DNA from: a virus
Lineage: Duplodnaviria > Heunggongvirae > Uroviricota > Caudoviricetes
Virus record (IMG/VR): IMGVR_UViG_3300013121_000008
Coordinates: 128,001-158,130 of that record
Reading direction: 5' to 3' (one strand)
Length of the DNA stretch: 30,130 nucleotides
Shown here: positions 9,859-18,376 of the stretch, in pieces
How positions within the stretch are numbered: position 1 is the stretch's first letter
How the letters are laid out: every line of letters starts with the position of its first letter
Made by a program: the position numbers and the translations under genes
The notes under the pieces: model-generated
What the model was told of the DNA's origin: nothing
Seen by the model: only the letters and a program-made list of their open reading frames with translations
The model's database searches: none

Positions 9859-10248
9859 GATAAACCATTAATTTTAACGACTGGATGTTTTCATATTTTA
9901 CATCCTGGTCATATTGAGTTATTTGAATACTGTTCAAAATTTGGCTCCCTTGTTGTAGGTATAAATACTGATGAGTATTTGTTAAAAAAATCTAATGAAA
10001 TAAAAATAAAATTAGTTGATAGAATATATTTATTAAATTCAATTAAATATATAGATAAAGTAATCCCTTTTAAAGAAGAAACAGCTTCTGAATTAATAGA
10101 AAAAGTTCATCCTTATATGTTTGTTAAAGGTCCAGATTATAGAAATATTAGAATACCAGAACAAGATGTTTGTGAGAGATTGAATATTAGATTTCATATA
10201 GCTACTCAAATCAAAAAATATAACAGTAGTGATTTCTTAAAGTTATAA
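9847..10248 (+). CDS. HxGH cytidylyl/adenylyltransferase (RfaE domain II / TagD-like)
   Basis: TTGCFHILHPGH, LVVGINTD, R...L..IKYIDKV, FVKGPDY, YNSS. Confidence 0.85.
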   Translation: MTIHDKPLILTTGCFHILHPGHIELFEYCSKFGSLVVGINTDEYLLKKSNEIKIKLVDRIYLLNSIKYIDKVIPFKEETASELIEKVHPYMFVKGPDYRNIRIPEQDVCERLNIRFHIATQIKKYNSSDFLKL

Positions 10249-10494
10249 TATATCTTTTAATATATAATTTCTTTTTCTTGTTGCTAAAATTGCTATTCTA
10301 TTTTCTAGATCTATATTTTTACCAGGGTCAAAATGTTTAACAAATTCTCTCTCGTCTTTTGTTAAATTGTACCAAGCCTCTGTTATGTTATCGATATAAT
10401 AATCTCCTAAGTCATTCTGATATCCCAATCCAGAATCATCTGCGGCGATTAATTCTAAACAAGCTAATAAATATTTTTTAATATTTTTATCCAT
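10243..10494 (-). CDS. hypothetical protein
   Basis: ORF coupled to its neighbour. Confidence 0.6.
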   Translation of the reverse strand: MDKNIKKYLLACLELIAADDSGLGYQNDLGDYYIDNITEAWYNLTKDEREFVKHFDPGKNIDLENRIAILATRKRNYILKDIL

Positions 10495-11153
10495 TATCTA
10501 AAACATCCATTCATTCTTAAAATTTCATACCAGGCATTACTAAATTCTTCTATTTGTTCTGGTTTAATTTTTAAGTCTCTATAATATGCCGCTATTTCCA
10601 TACAGAGTTTAATAAAGGTTTGATTAAATTCTCTTTCGTCCTCTAAATTCTCTATATATATAATCATACTTTCATAGTCTACAGAAGACTCTTCTTCTGT
10701 TTTCCATATTGAAAACGCCCTTCCATCAAAAATGAAAAAGTCTGGTATTTGAACAACAGATAGTTGTTTATTTATCCAATAGTTTTTAGCTTCTTGAATA
10801 CATTCGTCTTGAATGATACCCATATTTATTTTATTTATTTCTGCTTCGTTTAAATTATAAATGCCAAATCTTTGCGCCAATATCTCTTTGAAAGAAATAT
10901 CCATATTCTCTTTTGTTTCTGTTGACGGCCAAGAAATAATATAATCTTCATCCCACAAACAAGAGATTGCTGCGCAAAAAGCTTCTTTTAAATAAGTAAA
11001 TGTTCTTTTAGACGGATGTTGAAGTCTAATATAATCATCCATTACTTGTTGTATTAAGCCCTTCAATAACATTTCCCAGTCATTTTCTGGTTCTTTAGAA
11101 TTGTTTACAGACTTTTTAATTTTTTCTTGATCAATAATAATTTTCTTTTTCAT
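10494..11153 (-). CDS. hypothetical protein
   Basis: 219-aa ORF with TAATG coupling at both ends. Confidence 0.75.
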   Translation of the reverse strand: MKKKIIIDQEKIKKSVNNSKEPENDWEMLLKGLIQQVMDDYIRLQHPSKRTFTYLKEAFCAAISCLWDEDYIISWPSTETKENMDISFKEILAQRFGIYNLNEAEINKINMGIIQDECIQEAKNYWINKQLSVVQIPDFFIFDGRAFSIWKTEEESSVDYESMIIYIENLEDEREFNQTFIKLCMEIAAYYRDLKIKPEQIEEFSNAWYEILRMNGCFR

Positions 11154-11401
11154 TATTTATTTTCTTTCTTTAGTAGTTCGTCTATTTTTTCATGTAGCGA
11201 AAGAGTCAATTCTATTTCTTTAGTTCTTATTTGAGAGTTTACTTCAGAACTTATGACATCCAAATCGATAATGCCAATCTTAGGATCAAAATAACAAACT
11301 ATTTCACCAGTTGCAGGGTGAAAATCTGCCTTAAATATTGTTATTGGTTTTAATTCCTTATTATCCATTAGTAAATTTCCTTTACGTTCTTTAAGGCCCA
11401 A
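11153..11401 (-). CDS. hypothetical protein (true start probably ATG at 11368)
   Basis: AAGGA SD and TAATG coupling at MDNKELK. Confidence 0.6.
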   Translation of the reverse strand: MGLKERKGNLLMDNKELKPITIFKADFHPATGEIVCYFDPKIGIIDLDVISSEVNSQIRTKEIELTLSLHEKIDELLKKENK

Positions 11402-11862
11402 TTAATATTTTCTAATATTTTAGATTTCTTATCTAAATATTTTAATTGTTCCTGCCAAAATTCATATATAAATTTAGATATAATATATTTATCTTCTAAA
11501 GTTTCAGAAGTATAATTTACAAAGTTTTCTGCTTGAACAGCAGTAGCCTTTTTAGTCGGGTCATTATATATTTTAACATACTCTGTTGTTTTTAATTTAT
11601 CTAAATCTCTTTTGCATAGAGAGAATATACCATAGGCTATTAAATTATTATTATGAGCAACAGTATATAAGTTATCCATTTTCTTATATATATGAATTAA
11701 ATCTATTTGATTGATGTTGTCTGGAATTTCAACTAAGAATTTTATTGCCCAGTCTTTTAAAGTTAAACCATTAAAAGATAATTCCTCGCTCATAGTTTTA
11801 AAATCTACATCATATTCTAAACTTTTTTTATTTAAGTTATTTGTATCAATCATTTTATTCAA
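11368..11862 (-). CDS. helical protein, possibly a UvsY-like recombination mediator
   Basis: Long predicted helices with KATAVQAENFV; size and proximity to recA. Weak inference. Confidence 0.3.
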   Translation of the reverse strand: MNKMIDTNNLNKKSLEYDVDFKTMSEELSFNGLTLKDWAIKFLVEIPDNINQIDLIHIYKKMDNLYTVAHNNNLIAYGIFSLCKRDLDKLKTTEYVKIYNDPTKKATAVQAENFVNYTSETLEDKYIISKFIYEFWQEQLKYLDKKSKILENINWALKNVKEIY

Positions 11863-12097
11863 TTTTACCCTTGTAAACTTTTCTGTATTTACCTGGCATA
11901 TCTATAAGATATGGGACGTATTCTACACGCCAGCATTCTATACCTTGTTCTTTTAAAATATCTTCTTCTTCCTCTTCAATTGAAACATCATGAAAATTTG
12001 AACAAGGTTCTATTTCGTTAAATAATGAAACAGCTTCATGACTCGATTCTGCTTGAATATAAGCGACTCTTATTTCTGTTACTCTATAATATTTCAT
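11855..12097 (-). CDS. hypothetical protein
   Basis: MKYYRV...IQAESSHEA, a common small phage protein pattern; GGTG SD. Confidence 0.6.
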   Translation of the reverse strand: MKYYRVTEIRVAYIQAESSHEAVSLFNEIEPCSNFHDVSIEEEEEDILKEQGIECWRVEYVPYLIDMPGKYRKVYKGKIE

Positions 12098-12107
12098 TTA
12101 ATCACCA

Positions 12108-14060
12108 TTATTTTATTGGACAAACGCCGCCCTCACATTCTTTCAATTCAAAATCTTCGTCTCTAATTACAAAAGAAAAACTATTTATTGGTTTTATATT
12201 TTTAATTAATTCATTATATCTTTCTTCTGTAATGTCTTCAAATGGTGTTTGTATAAACCCATGATCTCGATATAGAAGAAAACTAATTGCTTTCAAATTT
12301 TGACTAAAATTATTGTATAAATATTCTTTAATATCTTCTAAATCTTCATGCTTATATGTTACAGTACAAGAAACTCCATTATCTGACCATTCTTTTTGAC
12401 CTTTAATAATTGTTTCAATTTGTTCTTTCCAAGTCATACTGCCAGCAGTTGGAACCCATTCAGGAATCTTACAAGGAAATTCTATTACTACTGTTGTAGG
12501 GTCTATGCTACCGCTAAAGTTTTTAACGTATTCTACATGATATCCGTTTCCTTTACATAGATTTACTAATGGAGATTTACTTGAAATTCTTATTCTTCTT
12601 ATGTAATAAGGACCAGCAGGAGAAGGATTAATTCCAGGTGTTATTCCTGGTAATAAAGATTGAGTTCCTGATGGTTTAAATGTAGTTAATTTTATACTTT
12701 CTGGCCAACCCATTTTTTTAGAATATTCTTTATCTAATTGTCTTAAGAATTTATAACCATCACTTAACCAACTTTTTTGTTCTTCAGTCGCCTGAAGATA
12801 TCCAGTAATGCCAATTCCCATTCTCATATTTTTATTTACTATTTTTTCTGTTGATTCTATAACCGCAGGCATCGCTAATGAATGTTTACATATTCTGTAA
12901 GCGAATGTTAAGCACTGTAGAAACTCTTCCCAGTCCTTAATGTTTGGCAAGAACAATTCACCAAGACAACATGTTTCATCAGATACAAGATTTTGTTCAA
13001 CACATGGATTAAAGCCTTCTACATCTGGATCGGGGTATTCTGTTTCTCCCAATCTTCCACATGACTTAGCTAATTCTAAATTAATTAAACCGTATGGTTC
13101 TCCTTGGCGATAAGTATCCCAATACTCTTCTGGAAGAGATTTCAAATCCTCTGGAGCAACTACAGAATTATTTGACATATTTCTCCAGTCAGGAATAGCT
13201 CCTAAATCCCATCTCTTTGCTTTTAAGAAATCTAAATCGAAATAATCTCCAATAGCTAATTGGGCGGAACGCCTAACGTTTCCCGCTACAACAATTGAGC
13301 CAATTATATTCATCATATCCAAACAGTCTATAGGTCTAACATGTTTGTTTTTTCTGCTTTCTAAAATTTTAATTATTTCAAAAATACCATTTACTAATAT
13401 TTCTGGACCAGAAGCGGTGCCACCAAAACCAGCGATAATAGCTCCTTCACTTCTAATTAATTGAGTAGAAAAAGTAAAACCTTTGCCCGATAAGAAATAG
13501 GTTTTCAAAACTTTTCCAAGTAATTTAACCCATCCTTCTCTTGTATCTGGAACTATATAGTCAGCATCTTTAGTGTCTAATCTTTCTACTTTAGATTTAA
13601 TATTTAAAACTTTTGGTATTTTAGACACATGTTTATTTTGAATGTTATAGCCGACGCCACAACCAAGCATTAGTAATTCCATGGCCCATGTAAAAGGTCT
13701 TACTGGATGATCTACAACAGTAAAGGCACAATTCTGTAACGATAAGAAACCAAGTTTGTCTACAGTTTTGGTTCCTAACTGCCACATAAAACGACCAGCT
13801 AATCCCAAGGCTAATTTAGACCTTAAAGAACCATATAGAACTTTTTCATTATCGTTTAGTTCTAATTTTAATTGTTTACTAAAAGATTCTATTTCTCTTT
13901 TAATGGTTTGCCAGTATTCTTCTGTCGGCGAATTGGGATTATTATTTAATCTTCTTGCGTAAGTTCTTTTATAAGTTATATAACCTATTTCTCCCCAAGG
14001 AGTAGCTTGTGTTTGTGTTTTTAAAATATCTTCTAATGCTTTTGACGTTAAATTATTCAC
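12108..14060 (-). CDS. nrdJ: class II (adenosylcobalamin-dependent) ribonucleotide reductase, monomeric RTPR type
   Basis: YKRTYAR, QNCAF, LMLGCGVG, VVAGNVRRSA, GFNPCVEQ, CCLGE, KPSGT, C-terminal CEGGVCPIK; GTG start. Confidence 0.95.
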   Translation of the reverse strand: MNNLTSKALEDILKTQTQATPWGEIGYITYKRTYARRLNNNPNSPTEEYWQTIKREIESFSKQLKLELNDNEKVLYGSLRSKLALGLAGRFMWQLGTKTVDKLGFLSLQNCAFTVVDHPVRPFTWAMELLMLGCGVGYNIQNKHVSKIPKVLNIKSKVERLDTKDADYIVPDTREGWVKLLGKVLKTYFLSGKGFTFSTQLIRSEGAIIAGFGGTASGPEILVNGIFEIIKILESRKNKHVRPIDCLDMMNIIGSIVVAGNVRRSAQLAIGDYFDLDFLKAKRWDLGAIPDWRNMSNNSVVAPEDLKSLPEEYWDTYRQGEPYGLINLELAKSCGRLGETEYPDPDVEGFNPCVEQNLVSDETCCLGELFLPNIKDWEEFLQCLTFAYRICKHSLAMPAVIESTEKIVNKNMRMGIGITGYLQATEEQKSWLSDGYKFLRQLDKEYSKKMGWPESIKLTTFKPSGTQSLLPGITPGINPSPAGPYYIRRIRISSKSPLVNLCKGNGYHVEYVKNFSGSIDPTTVVIEFPCKIPEWVPTAGSMTWKEQIETIIKGQKEWSDNGVSCTVTYKHEDLEDIKEYLYNNFSQNLKAISFLLYRDHGFIQTPFEDITEERYNELIKNIKPINSFSFVIRDEDFELKECEGGVCPIK

Positions 14061-14152
14061 TTGTTTACTCTCTGAAATTGATAGATTTTTTAATTCTATA
14101 ATTTCTATTTCTCACAATTCAATCCTTTATTAAAATATATATTAAAAATATT

Positions 14153-14338
14153 TTAAGTAATTTGAACCTTATTTAATTGCATTTTTTGTGGTTTACTTTC
14201 TGACCATTCTTGCCATATTAATTCTTCTTCAAATAATTCAAACATTTTTTCTAAAATTTCTATTCTCGATAAATCAGTTTTATCTGAAAGTTCATTTAAC
14301 CTTAAAGTTAAAGAATAATCTAATGTAAAGTTTTTCAT
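14153..14338 (-). CDS. small putative ribbon-helix-helix DNA-binding protein
   Basis: KNFTLDxxLxxRLxELSxKTxLSRxEIL pattern. Confidence 0.5.
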   Translation of the reverse strand: MKNFTLDYSLTLRLNELSDKTDLSRIEILEKMFELFEEELIWQEWSESKPQKMQLNKVQIT

Positions 14339-14339
14339 T

Positions 14340-15278
14340 TTAGCTTTTCCTCATTAAGAAATAATTATGACTGAGAATAGTTTTTAATTGCTCTGGAAGG
14401 TCAGAAGGAAGAGGGCCTCCACCTGATAATCCTTTCTCGTTTGCTTCTTTAGTTATTCTCTCGTATTCTTGTTTTTTGAGTTTTAGATAATCTTCTTGTA
14501 TTGAAGAAATTCTTTTTATAGTATTAGAAATAATATTTTCTAAATGTTTATTTTCTCCATCACTTATTTTAAAACCTTTTGATATCAAACGACATGCTTT
14601 TACAGTTATATTAAGGTCTGAGTTATATTTAATTTTTCTGTTTACTATTAAGTTTAAAAAATTATCATAAATATTTTTGTTTCGGTCTTCATGCAAAGGA
14701 AAAGCAAAAATATGAAAATAAGAATTACAATTTTCTAAAGGCTCTAAAACTATTTTCTTTTTTTTAATATCATATATTATCATATTTTGAATAAAATCAA
14801 AACCATAAACAATTGAATACTTTTTAATTAGATTTTCGGTAACTATATCTTTTGAATTAAATTTTGAGACTAACAATACTTCTTTATTTTCATAAAAGAA
14901 ATCATTAAGTATGATGTTAAAATTTAAAGTATTTTTATCTGGAAAAACAAAATTATTATTTCTATTTAATAAATAAATATCTAAATTATCGGCAGAATTA
15001 AATCTTATATTATATTTTTCTGACATATACTTAAAATTATTTGGATTAGTAAAATATTCTTTTAAAACTTTTCTTTTTTCTTTGTCGCAAAGAAAAATAT
15101 CAATGTCTTTAAAATCGAAATCACAATATAAATCTCTTAAAAATCCACCTGTGATAAAACCTTCTTCAAAAATAATATTCATAATTTCTGTTGAAAAAAC
15201 TCCGCTAAATACTTCATTAAAAGCCATTAAAGCTAATTTACTATTTATAATTAGTTTTGTTTCTTTTTCTAAGTTCAT
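14340..15278 (-). CDS. nucleotidyltransferase, CCA-adding / poly(A) polymerase head-domain-like
   Basis: FITGGFLRD...FKDIDIF, later FDF and RLISKGF. Confidence 0.7.
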   Translation of the reverse strand: MNLEKETKLIINSKLALMAFNEVFSGVFSTEIMNIIFEEGFITGGFLRDLYCDFDFKDIDIFLCDKEKRKVLKEYFTNPNNFKYMSEKYNIRFNSADNLDIYLLNRNNNFVFPDKNTLNFNIILNDFFYENKEVLLVSKFNSKDIVTENLIKKYSIVYGFDFIQNMIIYDIKKKKIVLEPLENCNSYFHIFAFPLHEDRNKNIYDNFLNLIVNRKIKYNSDLNITVKACRLISKGFKISDGENKHLENIISNTIKRISSIQEDYLKLKKQEYERITKEANEKGLSGGGPLPSDLPEQLKTILSHNYFLMRKS

Positions 15279-15355
15279 GTATTTTTATTCCTATAAAAAA
15301 TCTTGCAATATAACCTAATAAATAACCTATTCTTCTAATCATATTTATAATTGAA

Positions 15356-16096
15356 TTATTTTATATCTAAAATTAAATCTTTATTAAACTTATTAAGTCT
15401 TCTTTCGTATTTATAACCTCTTGGATTTGCTAAAGCTAAACAATTATTTATTTGTTTTTGATAAGCATTATGAATATGACCTGATATCCAATATGATTTA
15501 TTATTAATTCTTTTTAATAATTCTGTTTTATCTAAACAGAAATACCAATTTAATGGATGATTTTTAAAGTCTTCATGAATTCCATATTCTGTTGGAGTAA
15601 AATGAGAAATAAAAACTTTTGTTTCATGTTCTTCAAGCAACCAAAACCATTTTATTTCTTGTTCAATCCATTCCCAATCTTTTATACTATTTAAATTTAG
15701 CCATGTATGAGGTTGTATCATTTTGCCTAAATCTGCAACCTTATTTGTAAACGGTATAATTTCTGGAAAACCTACTATCCCAAGAAATCTTACACCATCT
15801 ATAAGAATACTGTCTCTCCATAAAGGAATAAAATTAAAATATTTATCTTCTAATCTTTTTATTTCCTTTATTACTTCATCAAATTCTTTGTGCCAAAATT
15901 CATGATTCCCAGGTACATATAAAACTTTATTATATTTAGAACAAAATAATTCTATACAAAAATCTAAGTTTTTATTGTTGCAAATATCTCCAGCCAATAT
16001 AACTATATCTGCTTCGGCTAAAGAATCTATAAACAATCCAATTTCGTCTATTCCATCATACTCAAAATGAGTATCAGAAATCGGTAATACTTTCAT
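15356..16096 (-). CDS. calcineurin-like metallophosphoesterase
   Basis: ISDTHFE, LAGDI, VPGNHEF, SHFTP, WISGHIH, NPRGY. Confidence 0.9.
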   Translation of the reverse strand: MKVLPISDTHFEYDGIDEIGLFIDSLAEADIVILAGDICNNKNLDFCIELFCSKYNKVLYVPGNHEFWHKEFDEVIKEIKRLEDKYFNFIPLWRDSILIDGVRFLGIVGFPEIIPFTNKVADLGKMIQPHTWLNLNSIKDWEWIEQEIKWFWLLEEHETKVFISHFTPTEYGIHEDFKNHPLNWYFCLDKTELLKRINNKSYWISGHIHNAYQKQINNCLALANPRGYKYERRLNKFNKDLILDIK

Positions 16097-16116
16097 TTAA
16101 TTAAATCTCCAAATAA

Positions 16117-16204
16117 ATGTATAGGGTAAGATTAGTAAATTTTTTGTGGTGGGGCACCAACACCAATTTTTTACAGGATTTGTCCCCTATCTTACCCTAC
16201 GCAT
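16117..16204 (-). ncRNA. candidate structured intergenic RNA or regulatory element
   Basis: Perfect 11-bp inverted repeat TAGGGTAAGAT/ATCTTACCCTA (extendable to ~16 bp) enclosing GC-rich inner hairpins. Confidence 0.4.
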
Positions 16205-16207
16205 ATT

Positions 16208-17272
16208 TTAATATTCTTTTTCTACTTCATACAAAAACTTAGTATTAGGGTCTAAGTTTCTCGTATAGGATGTAGATTGAACATACACATCATACTCTGC
16301 GAAAACTTTATTTGCTTGATAACTATTTCTTTTGAACTTATCAACTTTAAGTATACCAAGCATGTTTCTACAATCGTTCTGGTCGTCAATTGGCAAACCA
16401 GTTTCTTTTGAAATCATAATGATTTGTTTGTTAGGAGTTATGGTTTCGTTTTTAACTAATTGATAAAAACCTTTTCCAGCTTTATACTTAATTCCCATTT
16501 TACTAACAAAATCTTTTATTCTTTCTTTATGGTTCACTTCAGATACTTGATATTTAGATAGTTCAACTAAAATATTCTTATTAACTATTTGAGAAATATT
16601 TTTGTTTTTGCCACCGTTTAAATCATTAAACAACGATTGGAAAGCAAAAGAATTCTTAAACATATTATTAGAATTTTTATATTCTTCTAAACTATTAGTA
16701 ACTTTATGAGCAATAGCTTCTATATAGAATTGGGCGTGACTGAATTGAGTTAAATCTACTTTTCTTCCTTCGGTTATACGCGCAATTTCTTCATAGAAAT
16801 AAGAAACTGATGAACTTGATAAGGCTTGTACGCTAAAGATTTTTACTGAGCATAAATCTTTTAATTTTTCTGCTTCTTGTTTCCAATCTAAAGTGCATTT
16901 TACTCCGTTCTTAGCAACGAATCCAACCTTATGAGGGCCTTCATCACCAATTAATATGAGTAATCTATTATCAGATTTCCAATCAAATCCAATAGCTGAA
17001 TGAAGTGCTAATTCATAACATTCTCCACCATCTATTCCACCAAATCCACTTGTTTTCTTAGAAATAAAACTATTAACTTTTTCAAAATCATTTGTTAAAT
17101 CTAAACAATAGATAGGATCTGGTTGACAATAATCATTATGAATGATTATTCCTATTCTTAAATCTGGAATTTTAGATTTCAAATTATTTGTTAAAACTTT
17201 TAGCTTATTTCTCACTTCTTGTCTTACTGAACCCATAGATCCAGTATCATCAAAAGATATTACTAAATCCAT
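16208..17272 (-). CDS. vWA (MIDAS) domain protein with extra C-terminal domain
   Basis: DLVISFDDTGSM (DxTGS), GGxDxxECYELAL, ILIGDEGPH; C-terminal GKGFYQL...VYVQSTSYTRNL. Confidence 0.85.
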   Translation of the reverse strand: MDLVISFDDTGSMGSVRQEVRNKLKVLTNNLKSKIPDLRIGIIIHNDYCQPDPIYCLDLTNDFEKVNSFISKKTSGFGGIDGGECYELALHSAIGFDWKSDNRLLILIGDEGPHKVGFVAKNGVKCTLDWKQEAEKLKDLCSVKIFSVQALSSSSVSYFYEEIARITEGRKVDLTQFSHAQFYIEAIAHKVTNSLEEYKNSNNMFKNSFAFQSLFNDLNGGKNKNISQIVNKNILVELSKYQVSEVNHKERIKDFVSKMGIKYKAGKGFYQLVKNETITPNKQIIMISKETGLPIDDQNDCRNMLGILKVDKFKRNSYQANKVFAEYDVYVQSTSYTRNLDPNTKFLYEVEKEY

Positions 17273-17275
17273 ATC

Positions 17276-17689
17276 TTAAACCACTGAAGAAACAGGAGGT
17301 AAACCGTGAGCAGTAGTAGTCTCTGCAGAAGCTCTCTTATTAATTTCATTGGCTAAGTCTGTTAATAAAGAGTCTGAACTAAGAGTTTGTATTTCTTTTA
17401 CAAAATCTGAACACGATAATTCTTTTGTTTTCTTACTCAACTTCTCATAAAGAGTTCTTGCTGAATAACAAAAAGAATTCATTAAATGAACATTGTTCAT
17501 ATCCGAAATTTTAATTAATCCTTTTGTTTTAGAATTATAATAGCCACTAATTGAAACACCATCAACTCCAGCAATTTGTTGTAAATTAACAACTTCTTTT
17601 TTAAGTTGTCCAATCGACAAAATTTGCTCTAATGAACCAGACACTTTTAAACCATCTTGAAATGTATACTCTAATACTACTTTTTCCAT
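17276..17689 (-). CDS. hypothetical protein
   Basis: AAGGAG SD; YYNSKTKGLIKISDMNNVHLMN. Confidence 0.75.
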   Translation of the reverse strand: MEKVVLEYTFQDGLKVSGSLEQILSIGQLKKEVVNLQQIAGVDGVSISGYYNSKTKGLIKISDMNNVHLMNSFCYSARTLYEKLSKKTKELSCSDFVKEIQTLSSDSLLTDLANEINKRASAETTTAHGLPPVSSVV

Positions 17690-17705
17690 TTATTACTCCT
17701 TGAAA

Positions 17706-17780
17706 ATGACTTTGTCTTTTATGACTTTGTCTTGTTAATTACTCTAAAAATAGAGTAAACTTTTATAAATTACTTTTATA
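17706..17780. promoter_or_regulatory. cluster of direct and inverted repeats upstream of the 17689-16208 genes
   Basis: ATGACTTTGTCTT twice (17706, 17721); TTACTCTA-AAAA-TAGAGTAA (17739-17758); ACTTTTATA twice. Confidence 0.4.
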
Positions 17781-17782
17781 GG

Positions 17783-18376
17783 TTATTTAAGTAATTTTAA
17801 TTTTTTTATTAATTGAATATTATATTCTTCCGCATATAAACAAACAGCAGTTCTATAGTTATTAACATCTGGTTCTTGCCAGATAGAAACATTATTAGAA
17901 CTAATTATTATGTTATCTATTTCCTCTTTAGAAGCCGTTAAGAATATAAGTGTAGGATTTAAATAAAATTCTTTACTTAATTTTTCATGTTCTTCTATCC
18001 ATTTATGAAGAGCATGAGCGCCCTGAACAGCTTGGAAACCAGTTGACAAGGATGAATCGCTTAATATATATAGCTTATCCTTATAAATATTGGAGCGTGC
18101 CCCTGGAATCGAACCAGGTATCTCGTTAATTTCATCTAACGCGGTATTTACCATTTCCCTCTGCACGCGGATATATGCTTCGCCATTATTAATGGTTAGA
18201 TAACAGTCTTTAAATTTTATAGAACCTTTTGTATGGTCATTGTCAGGAGTCTCTTTTGTGCTCCACTTACAATCTGCCTCTACATGGTTTACGTAATAGG
18301 TTTTACCTTTTGTTTTTAAAACCCACATTGGTATTGATGAATCACTTAAGGATGCTTTATTAAAGTGAAATACCAA
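17783..18376 (-). CDS. fusion ORF: small phage domain + translated tRNA-like linker + peptidyl-tRNA hydrolase II (PTH2)-like domain
   Basis: C-terminal KLYIL...LSTGFQAVQGAHA...TLIFL...WQEPDVNNYRTAVCL resembles phage PTH2-like proteins; N-terminal FHFNK...MWVLK...VNHVE is a distinct module. Confidence 0.65.
   Translation of the reverse strand: MVFHFNKASLSDSSIPMWVLKTKGKTYYVNHVEADCKWSTKETPDNDHTKGSIKFKDCYLTINNGEAYIRVQREMVNTALDEINEIPGSIPGARSNIYKDKLYILSDSSLSTGFQAVQGAHALHKWIEEHEKLSKEFYLNPTLIFLTASKEEIDNIIISSNNVSIWQEPDVNNYRTAVCLYAEEYNIQLIKKLKLLK
18091..18168 (-). tRNA. tRNA-like element (Gly-type acceptor, aberrant 8-nt anticodon loop) inside a CDS
   Basis: GCGTGCA-GA-GGGA AATGGTAAA TACC-G-CGTTA GATGAAAT TAACG-AGATA-CCTGG TTCGATT CCAGG-GGCACGC-T-CCA. 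Confidence 0.65.

Noticed and set aside
3461-14060. Inteins or self-splicing introns in dnaE, recA or nrdJ
   Set aside because: No C...HN-C/S/T splice motifs, homing endonuclease motifs or unexplained large insertions; lengths are ordinary.
14061-14152. Cobalamin riboswitch upstream of nrdJ
   Set aside because: The gap is short, extremely AT-rich and shows no B12-box-like sequence.
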